Shown: one piece after another, positions 35,401 to 45,695 of the stretch
Layout: each line of letters opens with the position of its first letter
How positions within the stretch are numbered: the first letter of the stretch is position 1
Assembly: GCA_963832025.1 (NCBI GenBank)
Contig: CAWHSF010000003.1
Coordinates: 15,665-79,664, forward strand
Origin: Candidatus Nomurabacteria bacterium
GTDB lineage: Bacteria; Patescibacteriota; Minisyncoccia; Phycocordibacterales; UBA9973
Direction of reading: 5' to 3'
DNA: 64,000 bases
Program-made: the position numbers and the translations under genes
The notes under the pieces: model-generated
Databases searched by the model: none
Told to the model about the DNA's origin: nothing
Seen by the model: the letters and a program-made list of their open reading frames with translations, nothing else

Positions 35401-37192
35401 CTATGTTTCCGGTCATTATGCCTATGTGACAGATGCCAATTCTCTGACTTTGTCTGTCATCGATGTTTCCAACCCGACTGCTCCGAATCTCATCGGAAGT
35501 CCATTGTCGCTGACTGCTCCTCTCTTCATCTATGTTTCCGGTCATTATGCCTATGTGACGGAAAGTGGTGGGAGCATGGATATCATTGATGTTTCCAATC
35601 CGTATTCTCTGAGTATTGTCGGTACAGCCACAGGACTTGGTTCTCTTGATGGCAATGTCTATGTCTCCGGTCGTTATGCGTATGTAACAAATACTGCTAG
35701 TAGTGGTGATATGTATGTCGTTGATGTTTCCAATCCAGTTTCTCCAAGTACTGTCGGTACATTAGGACTTTCTTGGCCTCTTGGTATCAATGTCTCCGGT
35801 CATTATGCCTATGTGACGAGTTATGCTGGTGGTGGCATGTATGTCCTTGATGTTTCCAATCCGACTGCTCCAAGTGCTGTTGCTCTTACACTCGGACTGA
35901 CTACTCCTTCTTTTATCAGGGTTTCCGGTCGTTATGCCTATGTGGTGGAATCTACTGCTAGTTCCATGGCTGTCATTGACCTCACTGGTACCCAAACAAC
36001 TTCTCTCACCTCCGGTAGTGCTAACATCGGTAACTTGCAAATTGCTAATGATGCTTTGATTGGTGGTCAACTGCAGGTGAATGGTGGTTTGACGGCAAGT
36101 GGTGGAAACTTTTCGGGGGATGTGGCGACTGAGGGAGCGTTAATTGCAAATTATCTTTCTGTTGGTCCTGGTTCTCCGTTTTCAGTAGATTCCTCCGGAG
36201 ATGTTTTAGCTTCCGGAGATGTTTCCGCTGGGTCATTGCAACTTTCTAATGTTACCGGATCCACGCAATGTCTGCAAGCAGATTCCTCAGGAAATATTAC
36301 TGGCACCAGTTCACCCTGTGGAAGCGGTGGTGGTCTCACTGTCGGTACCACCACTGTCAGCTCCGGAACATCGGGATATGTCTTATATGACAACGGAGGA
36401 ACTTTGGGTAACTTGAATGTCACCGCCACCCCAACCGCTTCCACCATCGCCGAATGGGATGCGAACAAGAATTTGTCGGGGAATGCTTTTATTCCATCTT
36501 TCACAACAACTGCAACTGCTGGAACTACAACTACCATGACAATTGCTTCAACTGAATATCAATTTTGGACTGGAGTAAACACAAATCAAACTGTAAAACT
36601 TCCTACAACTTCTGTTGCTGCTGGTGCAACTTATGTTATAGAAAATCAAAGTACTGGTACAGGCGCGGTAACAGTGCAATCTTCCGGAGCAAACCAGATT
36701 ACTATTTTAGCTCCGGGAACAAGTGGAACATTTACTTCAACAAAAGCTGCTCCGACTGCAGCTGCTGATTGGGGATATATTTATAATGGAGCAACTGCTG
36801 CTGCTGGTGGCTCCCTCACTACTTCCGGAGCTTACCCGATTACTTTGACAGGAACAGCTTCGACAACGGTTACGTTGCCTACTACGGGAACCTTGGTAAA
36901 CTCTACAGTAGCAACTCTTTCTTCTTTGACTTCTACCGGAACGATTACGACTGGTGGATTGGGAACGGGGGCAGTTATTGGAGGAGTGACTATGACTCTC
37001 GGCTCAGATGCTTCTTATGATATTTATTATCGAGGTTCCGGTGGAGTTCTGACCCGTCTCGCAAATGGTACTTCTGGTCAATATTTGGGCGCAAATACCG
37101 GCGCCGCTCCGAGCTGGCAGACGCCAGCGGGTGGTCTCACTGTCGGTACCACCACTGTCAGACTCCGGAACATCGGGATATGTCTTATATGA
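32465..37192 (+). CDS. giant surface protein with two blocks of LVIVD-type beta-propeller repeats and tail-fibre-like repeats
   Basis: N-terminal signal/TM segment. About 15 copies of YVSG.YAYV.D...G.M.V.DVSNP..P.VVGT. Each block is followed by [27 protein letters not shown]. The ORF ends at a frame break inside duplicated DNA. Confidence 0.75.
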   Translation: MKTFFNFKRINSRHHISSVFSFLFFVFFVLSSFFYLLSPASAIAYTTGVPSIINFQGRLMDTSGNLLGGSGTSYCFRFSIYDSLDNTGSNVKLWPAGTPTNNTLTVRQGVFDAQVGVADSLSGYNFQSDNTIYMNVEVAAQISGSCSGVTYDTLYPRPQILAAAFAITAGTVTGFAPAAGKTLTVNNSITLTGTDSTTMTLPTTSKTLAANDGSNWTFASQAIGDLAYATSTTAYGRLADVAAGQPLLSGGTSTAPAYAGYTFSGTSAKTYTFPTTTATLARTDAAQTFTGVQTFSSAPTFSSITGSTQCLQVNSSGVVSGTSAACGGGGGSTAWSSITNPSGNLSLAMAGDTSTFTYGATTGSANLFNLTDTSSNTGTGVLLNVSTASGSTLNPFSVTTAGATNPSLYVGSNGNVSIGTSITNTAVLQVQAPVPESNLFAFANHDFSLGSVGTAMTIDTGTTSGDTYVDMQAYNAGGVNGGPLVFNAAGGNVGIDTNDPTTALTVNGSISNLLNPSSAFLNVVGSTSITSASVVYVSGNYAYVADYTGNELDIVDITNPNAPYVAGTLGGINHISSIYVSGRYAYVTDKSIGDMTIIDVSNPISPTVVGTLTGLNTPTSIYVSGRYAYVADSGSGDMYVIDVSTPRLPIVVATLTGLSSPSSIYVSGHYAYVADSGSGHMSIIDISDPVSPNVIGTATGLGSPSSVYVSGRYAYVTDTGSGNLYSIDLSNQASPSVVGTLPGFITPTDVYVSGNFAYVTDSDGELDVVDISDPTTPIYDTYAGLTAPDSVYVSGQYAYVADSGGGDMAVIDLTGTQTTSLTAGSANIGNLQIANDSLVGGQLQVNGALTANGGNFNSGVAVNGNISNTISSSSPPTVVATATGLTNILTDYVSGNYAYVGTGTGGTGYMYIVDISNPTAPSVVGTLSGVGKINSIYVSGQYAYVLDDSNGYMDVVDISNPHAPSVVGTVVGFTGPVSIYVSGHYAYVTDANSLTLSVIDVSNPTAPNLIGSPLSLTAPLFIYVSGHYAYVTESGGSMDIIDVSNPYSLSIVGTATGLGSLDGNVYVSGRYAYVTNTASSGDMYVVDVSNPVSPSTVGTLGLSWPLGINVSGHYAYVTSYAGGGMYVLDVSNPTAPSAVALTLGLTTPSFIRVSGRYAYVVESTASSMAVIDLTGTQTTSLTSGSANIGNLQIANDALIGGQLQVNGGLTASGGNFSGDVATEGALIANYLSVGPGSPFSVDSSGDVLASGDVSAGSLQLSNVTGSTQCLQADSSGNITGTSSPCGSGGGLTVGTTTVSSGTSGYVLYDNGGTLGNLNVTATPTASTIAEWDANKNLSGNAFIPSFTTTATAGTTTTMTIASTEYQFWTGVNTNQTVKLPTTSVAAGATYVIENQSTGTGAVTVQSSGANQITILAPGTSGTFTSTKAAPTAAADWGYIYNGATAAAGGSLTTSGAYPITLTGTASTTVTLPTTGTLVNSTVATLSSLTSTGTITTGGLGTGAVIGGVTMTLGSDASYDIYYRGSGGVLTRLANGTSGQYLGANTGAAPSWQTPAGGLTVGTTTVRLRNIGICLI

Positions 37193-37932
37193 CAACGGAG
37201 GAACTTTGGGTCACTTGAATGTCACCGCCACCCCAACCGCTTCCACCATTGCCGAATGGGATGCAAACAAAATTTGTCGGGGAATGCTTTTATTCCATCT
37301 TTCACAACAACTGCAACTGCTGGAACTACAACTACCATGACAATTGCTTCAACTGAATATCAATTTTGGACTGGAGTAAACACAAATCAAACTGTAAAAC
37401 TTCCTACAACTTCTGTTGCCACTGGTCAACTTATGCTATAGAAAATCAAAGTACTGGTCCAGGCGCGGTCAAGTGCAATCTTCCGGAGCAAACCAGATTA
37501 CTATTTTAGCTCCGGGACACAACTGGAACATTTACTTCGGCAAAAGCTGCTCCGACTGCAGCTGCTGATTGGGGATATATTTATAATGAGAGCAACTGCT
37601 GCTGCTGGTGCTACCCTCACTATTTCCAATACACCGCTTACTTTCACAGGCACAGCTTCGCACGGTTTACGTTGCCTACTACGGGAACCAGTTGCATACA
37701 CTCTACAATGTAGCAACTACTTTCTTCTTTAACCTTTGGAACAATTACGACTGGTGGATTGGGAACGGGGGCAGTTATTGGATGGAGTGACTATGACTCT
37801 CGGCTCAGATGCTTCTTATGATATTTATTATCGAGGTTCCGGTGGAGTTCTGACCCGTCTCGCAAATGGTACTTCTGGTCAATATTTGGGCGCAAATACC
37901 GGCGCCGCTCCGAGCTGGCAGACGCCAGCGGG
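36332..37932 (+). repeat. tandem duplication of an ~800-bp coding unit; the second copy is riddled with indels
   Basis: 36332..37132 recurs at 37133..37932. The first ~25 bp and last ~146 bp are identical, while the middle differs by many small indels and substitutions (for example cagctccgg versus cagactccgg). Confidence 0.8.
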
Positions 37933-40900
37933 AGGATCACAAACTCCATGGACTGGAAATATAAATGCTGCTGGATATACTCTCTTTGGTAACAACACCG
38001 CTGGAGGTGCACTAAACCTAGCAAGTACTAGTGGTACAGGTTCCAATGATGTGGTTAACATTAAAGGTGGTACGGCTGGAGGAACAACAATCGCTAGCTT
38101 CTTTGGGGCGGGAACGTATGCTGGAAGAGTTGGAATTGGAACGACGACACCGAGTCAATTATTTAGCGTAGGGAGTACCAGTCAATTTACAGTTGATTCT
38201 TCGGGTAATTTGAATTCCCAGACATTATCCATTGGGGCCGGACTAACGTCAGTTGTGGTCAGTGGAACTGGAACCGGTTCAGATGGTAGTCCAAATGGAA
38301 CTTATTATTTTAGAGGCGTTGAAAACGGGGCAAACTACTACCAGCTTGGTAGCAGTAGTTGGTATATAACTTATAACGGTTCCGGCACTTGGGGTATTTG
38401 TATTTATCTCAATTCCAGCACTTGCAGCACGTATGGCAAGTATTTTTCTCAATCCGGTACCGTTCCTACTCCGCCTAACAACAGTTCTTGGTCTGACACC
38501 GTTTACACAGGGTCAATTACGACTGCCGCAGGTACGTCAAGTAATCTGACTGTCGATAACGCAGGTGACATAACATCCTACGGAACTTTAACTGCAGTTT
38601 CTCTTGCCACGACTTCCGGCCAACCATTTGAATTGCCGACGAGCAATGCTACCGCCGGATGTCTGAAAACAAGCGCTACAGGACAAATGTCTGTCGCTAC
38701 TTGCGGAGATGTAGACAATCAATCATTCAATGCCAATGGTACTTATTCCATGCCTTCTGGTGCCTTGATGATAGTTGTCGAAACTTGGGGTGGTGGCGGC
38801 GGTGGTGGCGGCGGCGCAGGTGGCAACAACTTAAACAGTGCTCACGCTGGAGGAGGAGGTGGAGGAGGTGCATCTTATGTAAATAGTATTTTTTCAGCAA
38901 CAACACTAGGCACACCGGGAACAACCACGCTTCAAGCTATCGTGGGTGGAGGAGGTGCCGGAGGTGGAGGAGGAAATAATGTAAACGGCACTGCTGGAAA
39001 TTCTGGTGGTTCAAGTTGTTTATCTACCACAAATTGTACAAGTGGAACCATTTACGTGGAAGGATGGGGAGGTGGAGGTGGCGCTCAGGGTGCAATATCA
39101 AACACCCAAGGTGCCGGTGGTGGTGGAGGAGGAGGTGCTGAAGCAGTTGGAGGTAATGCAAGTACAACAACAGGTGGTACCGGAGGAGCGCCACAAGGTT
39201 CTACAGCCGGTACAGCAAACTCAGGATACGGAGGTGCCGGAGGTGCCACTTCAACAAATGCGGCGGTAAATGGAGCATCAGCACAGTATGGAGGCGCAGG
39301 CGGAGGCGCATCAACAACAACAGGAGCAAATGCATCAGGTAACGGAGGTGGCTCAGTAATCGGAGGCTCGGGTGGAGGTGGAGGAGGTTCGGTCGCTGTC
39401 ACAACTTATGCAAAAGAAAATGGAGGTGCCGGAGGTACTGGTCAAGCCATTGCAGGTGGAGGTGGAACCGCAGGAACAACCAATGGCGCTGGAGGAAGTA
39501 ATGGAAATCCCGGCGTTGGAGGAGGAGGAGATGGTGGAGGTGGAGGTGCAACGAACAGCACAGGTACGGGAGGTACGGGAGGTACGGGAGGAGCGAGAGG
39601 TGGCGGTGGCGGTGGCGGTGGCGCAACTGGTACAGGAGGTCATGGAGGTACAGGAGGCACAGGAGGTGCAGGTTTTGTGCGCGTCTGGTCATACATGGGA
39701 CAAGGTGCCGACTTGGCAGAAATATATGGCACGATGGATCCAACTTTGTCTCCGGGTGATATCGTCGCAGTTGACTCCGCCATGCAAGCCGGAGTAAAAA
39801 AGAGTAGTGTCGCTTATGATTCTACTGTGATCGGAGTCGTTTCCACTAACCCTGGCATCGTTATTGGTAATGTTTCAGACCCGGGAGCCACACCAGTGAT
39901 GGTAGCACTTGCCGGACGTGTACCGATGAAAGTAAATATGGAAAATGGTCCGATTAAGAGCGGAGATTATCTAACGGCATCTTCAACTCCGGGTGAAGCG
40001 ATGAAAGCCACCAAGGCAGGATTAGTAATCGGAGAAGCAATTACTCCGTACAACACCACTGACATGCCGGGCATCGTGATGGCATTTATTAAGGCCGGAC
40101 CTTCAAACGGTTCAAAACTTACCGACTTGATTCCCGGACTGACGACAGATGATGGAACAACTACAGACAGCTCAACAACGAATAGTAATTCAACAACATC
40201 TATTTCTCCACCGACCACGACTGATACGATTGGAACATCTTCTACTACAACTGCGACTACACCATCTGCTCCGACCCAAACGATAGAACAGCAAGCTCTC
40301 GCCTATTTCAACACCGGTCGCGCGGTACTTGCCACGCAAGTTGATTTATCGGAAGTAACCACCGACAGAGTCAGTGCCGGATTGGAAGTTATTACTCCGG
40401 ACTTATATGCCACAAACGTACACACCGACACAATTCAATCCGCAACCGGAGACAACATCGGTTTGATTTTGGATGATAGCGGAGAGTTTACAATCGGTAA
40501 ACAAACAATTAGCACAGTGGTAAATCCCGATGGCACCACCACACCTACGACAATATACACCCCGGAAATAACGATGGATAATCTGGGCAACGCTGTCTTT
40601 AGCGGCGGCTTGACCATCGGAACTCCGCAACAACCAAACGGAATTACGATGTATGACACTACGACTGGCAGCCCATATTGTTCTCGCATCACAAATGGAA
40701 CGATGGTCACCTCTCCGGGCAAGTGTAGTGACATCTTGGGATTACCAATACAAAATACCGCTTCGGTAATAAACAGTACGAATCCAAATTCAGGTAATAA
40801 TAATTCTTCAAACAATACGAACAACACTACAACAACCTCCACGGATAACACCACAGCACCTGCAGACACTTCGGACACTTCGGACACTTCGACAAGCACA

Positions 40901-41164
40901 GACAATCCTTCTTCTACAGATACAACTACTACCCCGGCAACGACCCCGAACCAATCCTCACAAAGTTCGGATGGTACGGGGCAGGCTTCCGATACTCCGG
41001 CAAGCACACCAGCAGCAACACCTGGCACCTCTACAACTACTCCGGCAGTTACTTCTCCGCCGGCAACAACAGACACGACTACGACACCCAGTCCGACAGC
41101 TGATACTTCGACTGCTCCAGCCTCGCCACCATCCACTGACACCACTGCCACGCCGGGTTCATAA
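37736..41164 (+). CDS. giant surface protein, probable continuation of 32465..37192: glycine-rich domain, beta-rich module, S/T/P-rich tail
   Basis: The N-terminus repeats the C-terminus of the previous ORF ([51 protein letters not shown]). It has YSMPSGALMIVVETWGGGGGGGG ... GAGFVRVWSY as in 23593... The tail is extremely Thr/Ser/Pro-rich. Confidence 0.75.
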   Translation: MEQLRLVDWERGQLLDGVTMTLGSDASYDIYYRGSGGVLTRLANGTSGQYLGANTGAAPSWQTPAGGSQTPWTGNINAAGYTLFGNNTAGGALNLASTSGTGSNDVVNIKGGTAGGTTIASFFGAGTYAGRVGIGTTTPSQLFSVGSTSQFTVDSSGNLNSQTLSIGAGLTSVVVSGTGTGSDGSPNGTYYFRGVENGANYYQLGSSSWYITYNGSGTWGICIYLNSSTCSTYGKYFSQSGTVPTPPNNSSWSDTVYTGSITTAAGTSSNLTVDNAGDITSYGTLTAVSLATTSGQPFELPTSNATAGCLKTSATGQMSVATCGDVDNQSFNANGTYSMPSGALMIVVETWGGGGGGGGGAGGNNLNSAHAGGGGGGGASYVNSIFSATTLGTPGTTTLQAIVGGGGAGGGGGNNVNGTAGNSGGSSCLSTTNCTSGTIYVEGWGGGGGAQGAISNTQGAGGGGGGGAEAVGGNASTTTGGTGGAPQGSTAGTANSGYGGAGGATSTNAAVNGASAQYGGAGGGASTTTGANASGNGGGSVIGGSGGGGGGSVAVTTYAKENGGAGGTGQAIAGGGGTAGTTNGAGGSNGNPGVGGGGDGGGGGATNSTGTGGTGGTGGARGGGGGGGGATGTGGHGGTGGTGGAGFVRVWSYMGQGADLAEIYGTMDPTLSPGDIVAVDSAMQAGVKKSSVAYDSTVIGVVSTNPGIVIGNVSDPGATPVMVALAGRVPMKVNMENGPIKSGDYLTASSTPGEAMKATKAGLVIGEAITPYNTTDMPGIVMAFIKAGPSNGSKLTDLIPGLTTDDGTTTDSSTTNSNSTTSISPPTTTDTIGTSSTTTATTPSAPTQTIEQQALAYFNTGRAVLATQVDLSEVTTDRVSAGLEVITPDLYATNVHTDTIQSATGDNIGLILDDSGEFTIGKQTISTVVNPDGTTTPTTIYTPEITMDNLGNAVFSGGLTIGTPQQPNGITMYDTTTGSPYCSRITNGTMVTSPGKCSDILGLPIQNTASVINSTNPNSGNNNSSNNTNNTTTTSTDNTTAPADTSDTSDTSTSTDNPSSTDTTTTPATTPNQSSQSSDGTGQASDTPASTPAATPGTSTTTPAVTSPPATTDTTTTPSPTADTSTAPASPPSTDTTATPGS

Positions 41165-41177
41165 ATAAAAAACCGAA

Positions 41178-41576
41178 ATGAAAAAAAATATTTTAAAAAT
41201 ATTAGTGTTTGCATCGCTTTTGATTTTTTTTGGTTCGTATCTGTTGTATAAGATTCCTTTGCCGGGAGCGGAAGATTTGCCCAGACAAATGATGAACGGC
41301 AAAAATATTCTGGCGGGACAATTCAATGTAATTACCCAGAATGTTTATTCTTATGTTGAACCCACTCAACCTTTTGCCAATCATCATTGGTTTTATGGAG
41401 TCATCGCATACTTGATGTATCTGGCAATCGGCTGGGACGGAATGGTTATTTTCAAAACCTTATTTTTTTTGTTGATTTTTGCTTTGTTGTTTAAAATTAC
41501 AATTAAAAAAGCCGATTTCTGGTTGGCTTCCTTTTTCTCTATACCGTTTATTCTGCTTCTTATAGGCCGGAAGTGA
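41178..41576 (+). CDS. GT-C-like polytopic membrane protein, N-terminal fragment
   Basis: TM-rich ORF. Deleting one C in GGCCGG (about 41566..41571) fuses it in-frame to 41590..43191 (…LLLIGGSDFRPEMFSYFF…). Confidence 0.5.
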   Translation: MKKNILKILVFASLLIFFGSYLLYKIPLPGAEDLPRQMMNGKNILAGQFNVITQNVYSYVEPTQPFANHHWFYGVIAYLMYLAIGWDGMVIFKTLFFLLIFALLFKITIKKADFWLASFFSIPFILLLIGRK

Positions 41577-41589
41577 TTTCCGTCCGGAA

Positions 41590-43191
41590 ATGTTTTCTTA
41601 TTTCTTTATTGTTTTATTTATTTACGCGCTGTTTAAATTCGAAGAAAATCCCAATTCCAATAAAGTTTTCTGGCTCATTCCGCTTGAATTGCTTTGGGTA
41701 AACACCCATTTATATTTCGGCATCGGTATCTTAATCGTTCTCGGATTTTTAATTGAACAACTTATTTTAAACCGTAAAAAATTAAAGGAAAATAAATTAA
41801 TAAAAAAATTTTCTTGGTTATTGATCGTTTTGATTCCGACTATTTTTATCAATCCGTATGGCTTGGGCGGGGCCATTCATTCTCTGATTGTAAACAAGGA
41901 TCCTAACTTCCCTATCAATAGTGCCGAACTCGGTTCAATATCCAGCATTTTGCAATCTTCACCCAAGATAGATAATTTGATCGCGGTCATTTTTGAATGG
42001 ATGCTTGTACCGCTCGCGATTAGTTTTATTGTAGCTTTAATTTTTAGGTGGAAAAAGAAACAACCTTTGTTTTCCAGACATTATATTTTTTATTTACTGG
42101 GAAGCGTTTCCACCGCGATCTTAAGCTTTGACATTATCAGAAGCATCCCGTTGTTTGCCCTAATCTTTTTGCCGGCAATCTGCAGTAATTTTCAAGATAT
42201 TTTTGTGGAATGTAAAATTTGGCTTAATAAAAAATCCGCAGAGCTGACAAAAGTCATCAGCATAGCGTCTCTCGTTTTGTTTGTTTTAATTCCTATATTT
42301 TATTTGACGTTTACGATACGGCCAATCATTTCTCCTTATAATTATTTTGGAGTGGGACTCGCTCCCAACTCAGAAAGTTCTGCGGACTTTTTTATAAATA
42401 ATAATCTGACAGGTCCGATTTTCAACGATACGGATGTGGGCAGTTATTTGATTTATTATTTATACCCAAAAGAACAGGTGTTTACCGACAACCGTTTTGG
42501 TGATGCATATTCCGCCGATTTTTTTGCTAATACTTATAACCCGATGATAAAAGACGATACGGTCTGGAATCAGGAATTGGCTAAATATAATTTTAATGTG
42601 ATTTTTTTCAACCAATATGACGGTGGCGATGATATCAGGAATTTTCTATACCGCAGATATTATGACCCGGCTTGGGTTTTAGTTTATGCCGATAATTACA
42701 ATGTCATCTTTGTCAGAAATATTCCGGCTAATCAAGCTGTCATTAATAAATATGGTATCAATAATAACAATATGACCGAAAGATTGAGTCCTCTTTTAAA
42801 TTCTAGCGACCCTGATACACAGCTGGCCGCAGCTGATATTTACAGTATGTTTGGCCAAGTCGATTTGGCGGTAAATGAATACTTGAAATTTGTTTCTGAA
42901 ATGCCAGCACGTGGAAAAGTGTGGATGGTTCTGGGTAGAATAGAGCTCACTCGTTCCGACCAACAAAATTCTAATCCGTATTTAGCGGCCACATATTTAG
43001 AACATGCAATTGCGGACGGATGGGTAACTCCGACTTCACTGAGCTACCTAGCTTTGGCCTATTATCGCACCAGTCAAATAGATAGAGCAAAAGCAATGGT
43101 TAAAAAAGAATTGCAAATAGACCCGAGTAGTACTGATGGAGCAGAATGGCTCAGTGTTTTCGCTAAACAAGCTACGCAGCAAAATCAATAA
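41590..43191 (+). CDS. GT-C-like (PMT/ArnT/DUF2723-type) membrane protein with a C-terminal TPR region
   Basis: About 8 TM helices, a soluble domain, then TPR-like repeats (AADIYSMFGQVDLAVNEYLKF..., LALAYYRTSQIDRAKAMVKKEL). The family assignment is tentative. Confidence 0.45.
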   Translation: MFSYFFIVLFIYALFKFEENPNSNKVFWLIPLELLWVNTHLYFGIGILIVLGFLIEQLILNRKKLKENKLIKKFSWLLIVLIPTIFINPYGLGGAIHSLIVNKDPNFPINSAELGSISSILQSSPKIDNLIAVIFEWMLVPLAISFIVALIFRWKKKQPLFSRHYIFYLLGSVSTAILSFDIIRSIPLFALIFLPAICSNFQDIFVECKIWLNKKSAELTKVISIASLVLFVLIPIFYLTFTIRPIISPYNYFGVGLAPNSESSADFFINNNLTGPIFNDTDVGSYLIYYLYPKEQVFTDNRFGDAYSADFFANTYNPMIKDDTVWNQELAKYNFNVIFFNQYDGGDDIRNFLYRRYYDPAWVLVYADNYNVIFVRNIPANQAVINKYGINNNNMTERLSPLLNSSDPDTQLAAADIYSMFGQVDLAVNEYLKFVSEMPARGKVWMVLGRIELTRSDQQNSNPYLAATYLEHAIADGWVTPTSLSYLALAYYRTSQIDRAKAMVKKELQIDPSSTDGAEWLSVFAKQATQQNQ

Positions 43192-44204
43192 TGGAAACAA
43201 AAACTAAAATTATCGGGATTCTTTTGACTTATAAACACGTAAATCTGGTGGAAGATATTTATCGTCGATTACCAAAAGGTGTTTTTGATGAAGTAATTAT
43301 TTTCGATGATGCATCAAGGGATGGAATAGAAAAAGTTGCAGAGAAACTAAACTTGCCGATTTTTATTCAAGAAAAAAATCTGGGTTATGGAGGCAATATA
43401 AAATACAGCCTAAAAAAATGCGTGGAAAGAGGCGCGGATTATATGGTGGAAATTCATGGTGATGGACAATATGGCGCGGATTCAATAATTCCCGGCTTGG
43501 AGAAAATAAAAAGCGGCTATGATTTCGTTTTGGGTTCCAGATTCACCAATATGGGGCAAGCGCTAAGAGACAAGATGCCCTTACTCACTTATCTCGCAAA
43601 TCGTGGACTTTCTTTTTTTGACCGTTTGGTTTTACAAATTCCTCTCACCGAATTTCACACTGGATTTAGAGTTTATAGTCGCAAGTTGGTAGAAATAGTT
43701 GATTTTAGTCCGACGGCCAACGATGATTTATTTAGTTTTCAAATTATCGCTATGGCTAAATATCACAATCTAAGAATTGCCGAAGTGCCGGTGCGTTGTG
43801 ATTATGGCAAAGACCACACCTCTATTACCTTCCGCCGCGCCGCAAAATATGCTTTTCAAACTTTTAGTGTGTTATCTCAATATATTTTGGCGAGATTGGA
43901 ATGGAGAATAAATTATTTCACCATTAAATCTATGAATCCGCGTTTTAAAAAATATTTTAAATTTATTATCTCCGGGGCATCTGTCCGCCTTGACCAGTCT
44001 GGTGTTTTTTTATATTTTTATCACTTTCTTCAATATCTGGTATCTGTTCGCTTCTGGAATGTCTTTTATACGTCTCAATCATGGTTGGTTTTTATCTGCA
44101 AAAATATATTACTTTCAAAGACTCATCCAAGGGAAATGGTAAAAACGAGAAGCTGGATTGTTTTTATTTCTTTTCTTCTTACTAAATCTTTTGATAAATA
44201 TTAG
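43191..44204 (+). CDS. family-2 glycosyltransferase (polyprenyl-phosphate sugar synthase-like)
   Basis: Motifs ILLTYKH, FDDASRDG and EIHGDGQY (DxD-type). The C-terminal ~90 aa of the track ORF read through a decayed GtrA-like region. Confidence 0.7.
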   Translation: METKTKIIGILLTYKHVNLVEDIYRRLPKGVFDEVIIFDDASRDGIEKVAEKLNLPIFIQEKNLGYGGNIKYSLKKCVERGADYMVEIHGDGQYGADSIIPGLEKIKSGYDFVLGSRFTNMGQALRDKMPLLTYLANRGLSFFDRLVLQIPLTEFHTGFRVYSRKLVEIVDFSPTANDDLFSFQIIAMAKYHNLRIAEVPVRCDYGKDHTSITFRRAAKYAFQTFSVLSQYILARLEWRINYFTIKSMNPRFKKYFKFIISGASVRLDQSGVFLYFYHFLQYLVSVRFWNVFYTSQSWLVFICKNILLSKTHPREMVKTRSWIVFISFLLTKSFDKY

Positions 44205-44353
44205 TGCTTATGTCCTTCTTTGTCGGAATATTAAATTTTGAAAAAATGCTGGCAAAAGTCTGCACACTCAGCATTCTCGCTTGTTGGAATTATTTTATCT
44301 ACGAAAAATTGGTCTTCGTGAAAAGAAATATAGAAAATCTGCCATTGGGGTAA
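43930..44353 (+). pseudogene. GtrA-like flippase-family region broken over several frames
   Basis: GtrA-like pieces occur in different frames: FKFIISGAS / ALTSLVFFYIFITFFNIWYLFASGMSFI / SIMVGFYLQKYITFKD / LAKVCTLSILACWNYFIYEKLVF. Confidence 0.55.
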
Positions 44354-44356
44354 AAG

Positions 44357-45601
44357 TTAAACAACCCTGACTTTCGGAATGGGAATGATAAATTTCACTC
44401 CTTTTTTCTGTAATTCTTTTTCGTTTTTCATTATTACATCGGCATAATTCCAGGCTAAAATCAAAATATAATCTGGCTTTTTTTTATTAATTTGTTTGCG
44501 TGAGAAAATGGGAATATGTGTTCCAGGCGTATATTTCCCCTGTTTGGCGGGAGTGGTGTCCACAATGTAATCAATCAATTCTGGCCCAATCTTGCAGTAT
44601 TGAAGCAAGGTATTCCCTTTTGCCGCCGCGCCATAGCCAATAATCGTTTTGTTCTGTTTTTTTAATTTGGTGAGTAACTGCACGAGTTGTTTTTTTACTT
44701 GATCTGGAACTTTTCCAAATTCTTTATAAGTTTTTATTTTTTGCAAACCTTGTTTTTTTTCTTGTGCTAAAAATTTATTCACTGAGTTGTTTATTTTAAA
44801 AGGATTATTTTTATGTCCAGCGTATACGCGCATCGAACCGCCCTGCGTGTTCACTTTTTTTACATCAAAAACCTGCAAATCCCATTTTTCCAGAATCTTG
44901 ATGATTGGAGCCAGGGAAAAATAAAAAATGTGTTCATGATAAGTATTATCAAACTCATTGTTTTTTATTAAATCACCGAGATATTGTACCTCAAAGATAA
45001 AAACTCCATCTTCCGCCAAAAGTTTTTTAACGCCGGCAAGGATGCCGTGAATATTGTCCGTATGAGCCAAGACATTATTCGCGGTAATGACACCCACTTG
45101 CCCATATTCCTTGAAAATTTTATCCGCCACCTCGCTGTCAAAAAATACTGGCCATGTATCTATGCCCATCTCGTTTGCAGTTTTTGCGATATTTTTTGCC
45201 GGATCGACACCAAGCACAACCCCTCCATATTCCTTGAAAAGCCCCAAAAGGAAACCGTCATTGCTGCCTATTTCCAAGATTAGATTTTTGATTTGCTTTG
45301 GAAATTTTTTATAAATGTCTTCCGCGTATTTTTTAAAATGTTCATGTAAAGGTTTTGACTTGCTGGTAAAGTAAGCGTAATGTTCAAATATTTTTTTTCT
45401 GTCCACCCAGTCAGTCAACTGCGCTAAATGACAATTTGCACAAACATAAACCCGCAAAGGGAATTTTTGTTCTTTTTTGGCCAAATTTGATTTATCAATA
45501 TAGGAATTTGCCAAAGCACTCTCCCCTAAATCAAGGTATTTGATTAAATTGTTATGACCGCAAGCGATGCATTTTCTGTTTTTTTTTACTTTTTCGCTCA
45601 T
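44357..45601 (-). CDS. SAM-dependent (NDP-sugar C-)methyltransferase with an N-terminal zinc ribbon
   Basis: CIACGHNNL...CANCHLAQL, then the methyltransferase motif ILEIGSNDG and a C-terminal C-methyltransferase-like domain. Confidence 0.6.
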   Translation of the reverse strand: MSEKVKKNRKCIACGHNNLIKYLDLGESALANSYIDKSNLAKKEQKFPLRVYVCANCHLAQLTDWVDRKKIFEHYAYFTSKSKPLHEHFKKYAEDIYKKFPKQIKNLILEIGSNDGFLLGLFKEYGGVVLGVDPAKNIAKTANEMGIDTWPVFFDSEVADKIFKEYGQVGVITANNVLAHTDNIHGILAGVKKLLAEDGVFIFEVQYLGDLIKNNEFDNTYHEHIFYFSLAPIIKILEKWDLQVFDVKKVNTQGGSMRVYAGHKNNPFKINNSVNKFLAQEKKQGLQKIKTYKEFGKVPDQVKKQLVQLLTKLKKQNKTIIGYGAAAKGNTLLQYCKIGPELIDYIVDTTPAKQGKYTPGTHIPIFSRKQINKKKPDYILILAWNYADVIMKNEKELQKKGVKFIIPIPKVRVV

Positions 45602-45695
45602 AATTTAATCTTTGTATACTACTCTAAATATGCTATAATTTCAATGTTTTTAAACAATCTCTATGAAAACAGGAAGGAAGGTAGCAGGCGCGAAA

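Noticed and set aside
34050-35950. Regularly spaced ~125-bp DNA repeats that could suggest a CRISPR-like array
   Set aside because: They are the coding LVIVD protein repeats inside one long ORF. The repeats are imperfect, there is no unique spacer structure, and no cas genes are present.
36332-37932. Template/variable-repeat pair of a diversity-generating retroelement
   Set aside because: The differences between copies include many indels and are not adenine-specific. No reverse transcriptase gene is present in the window.
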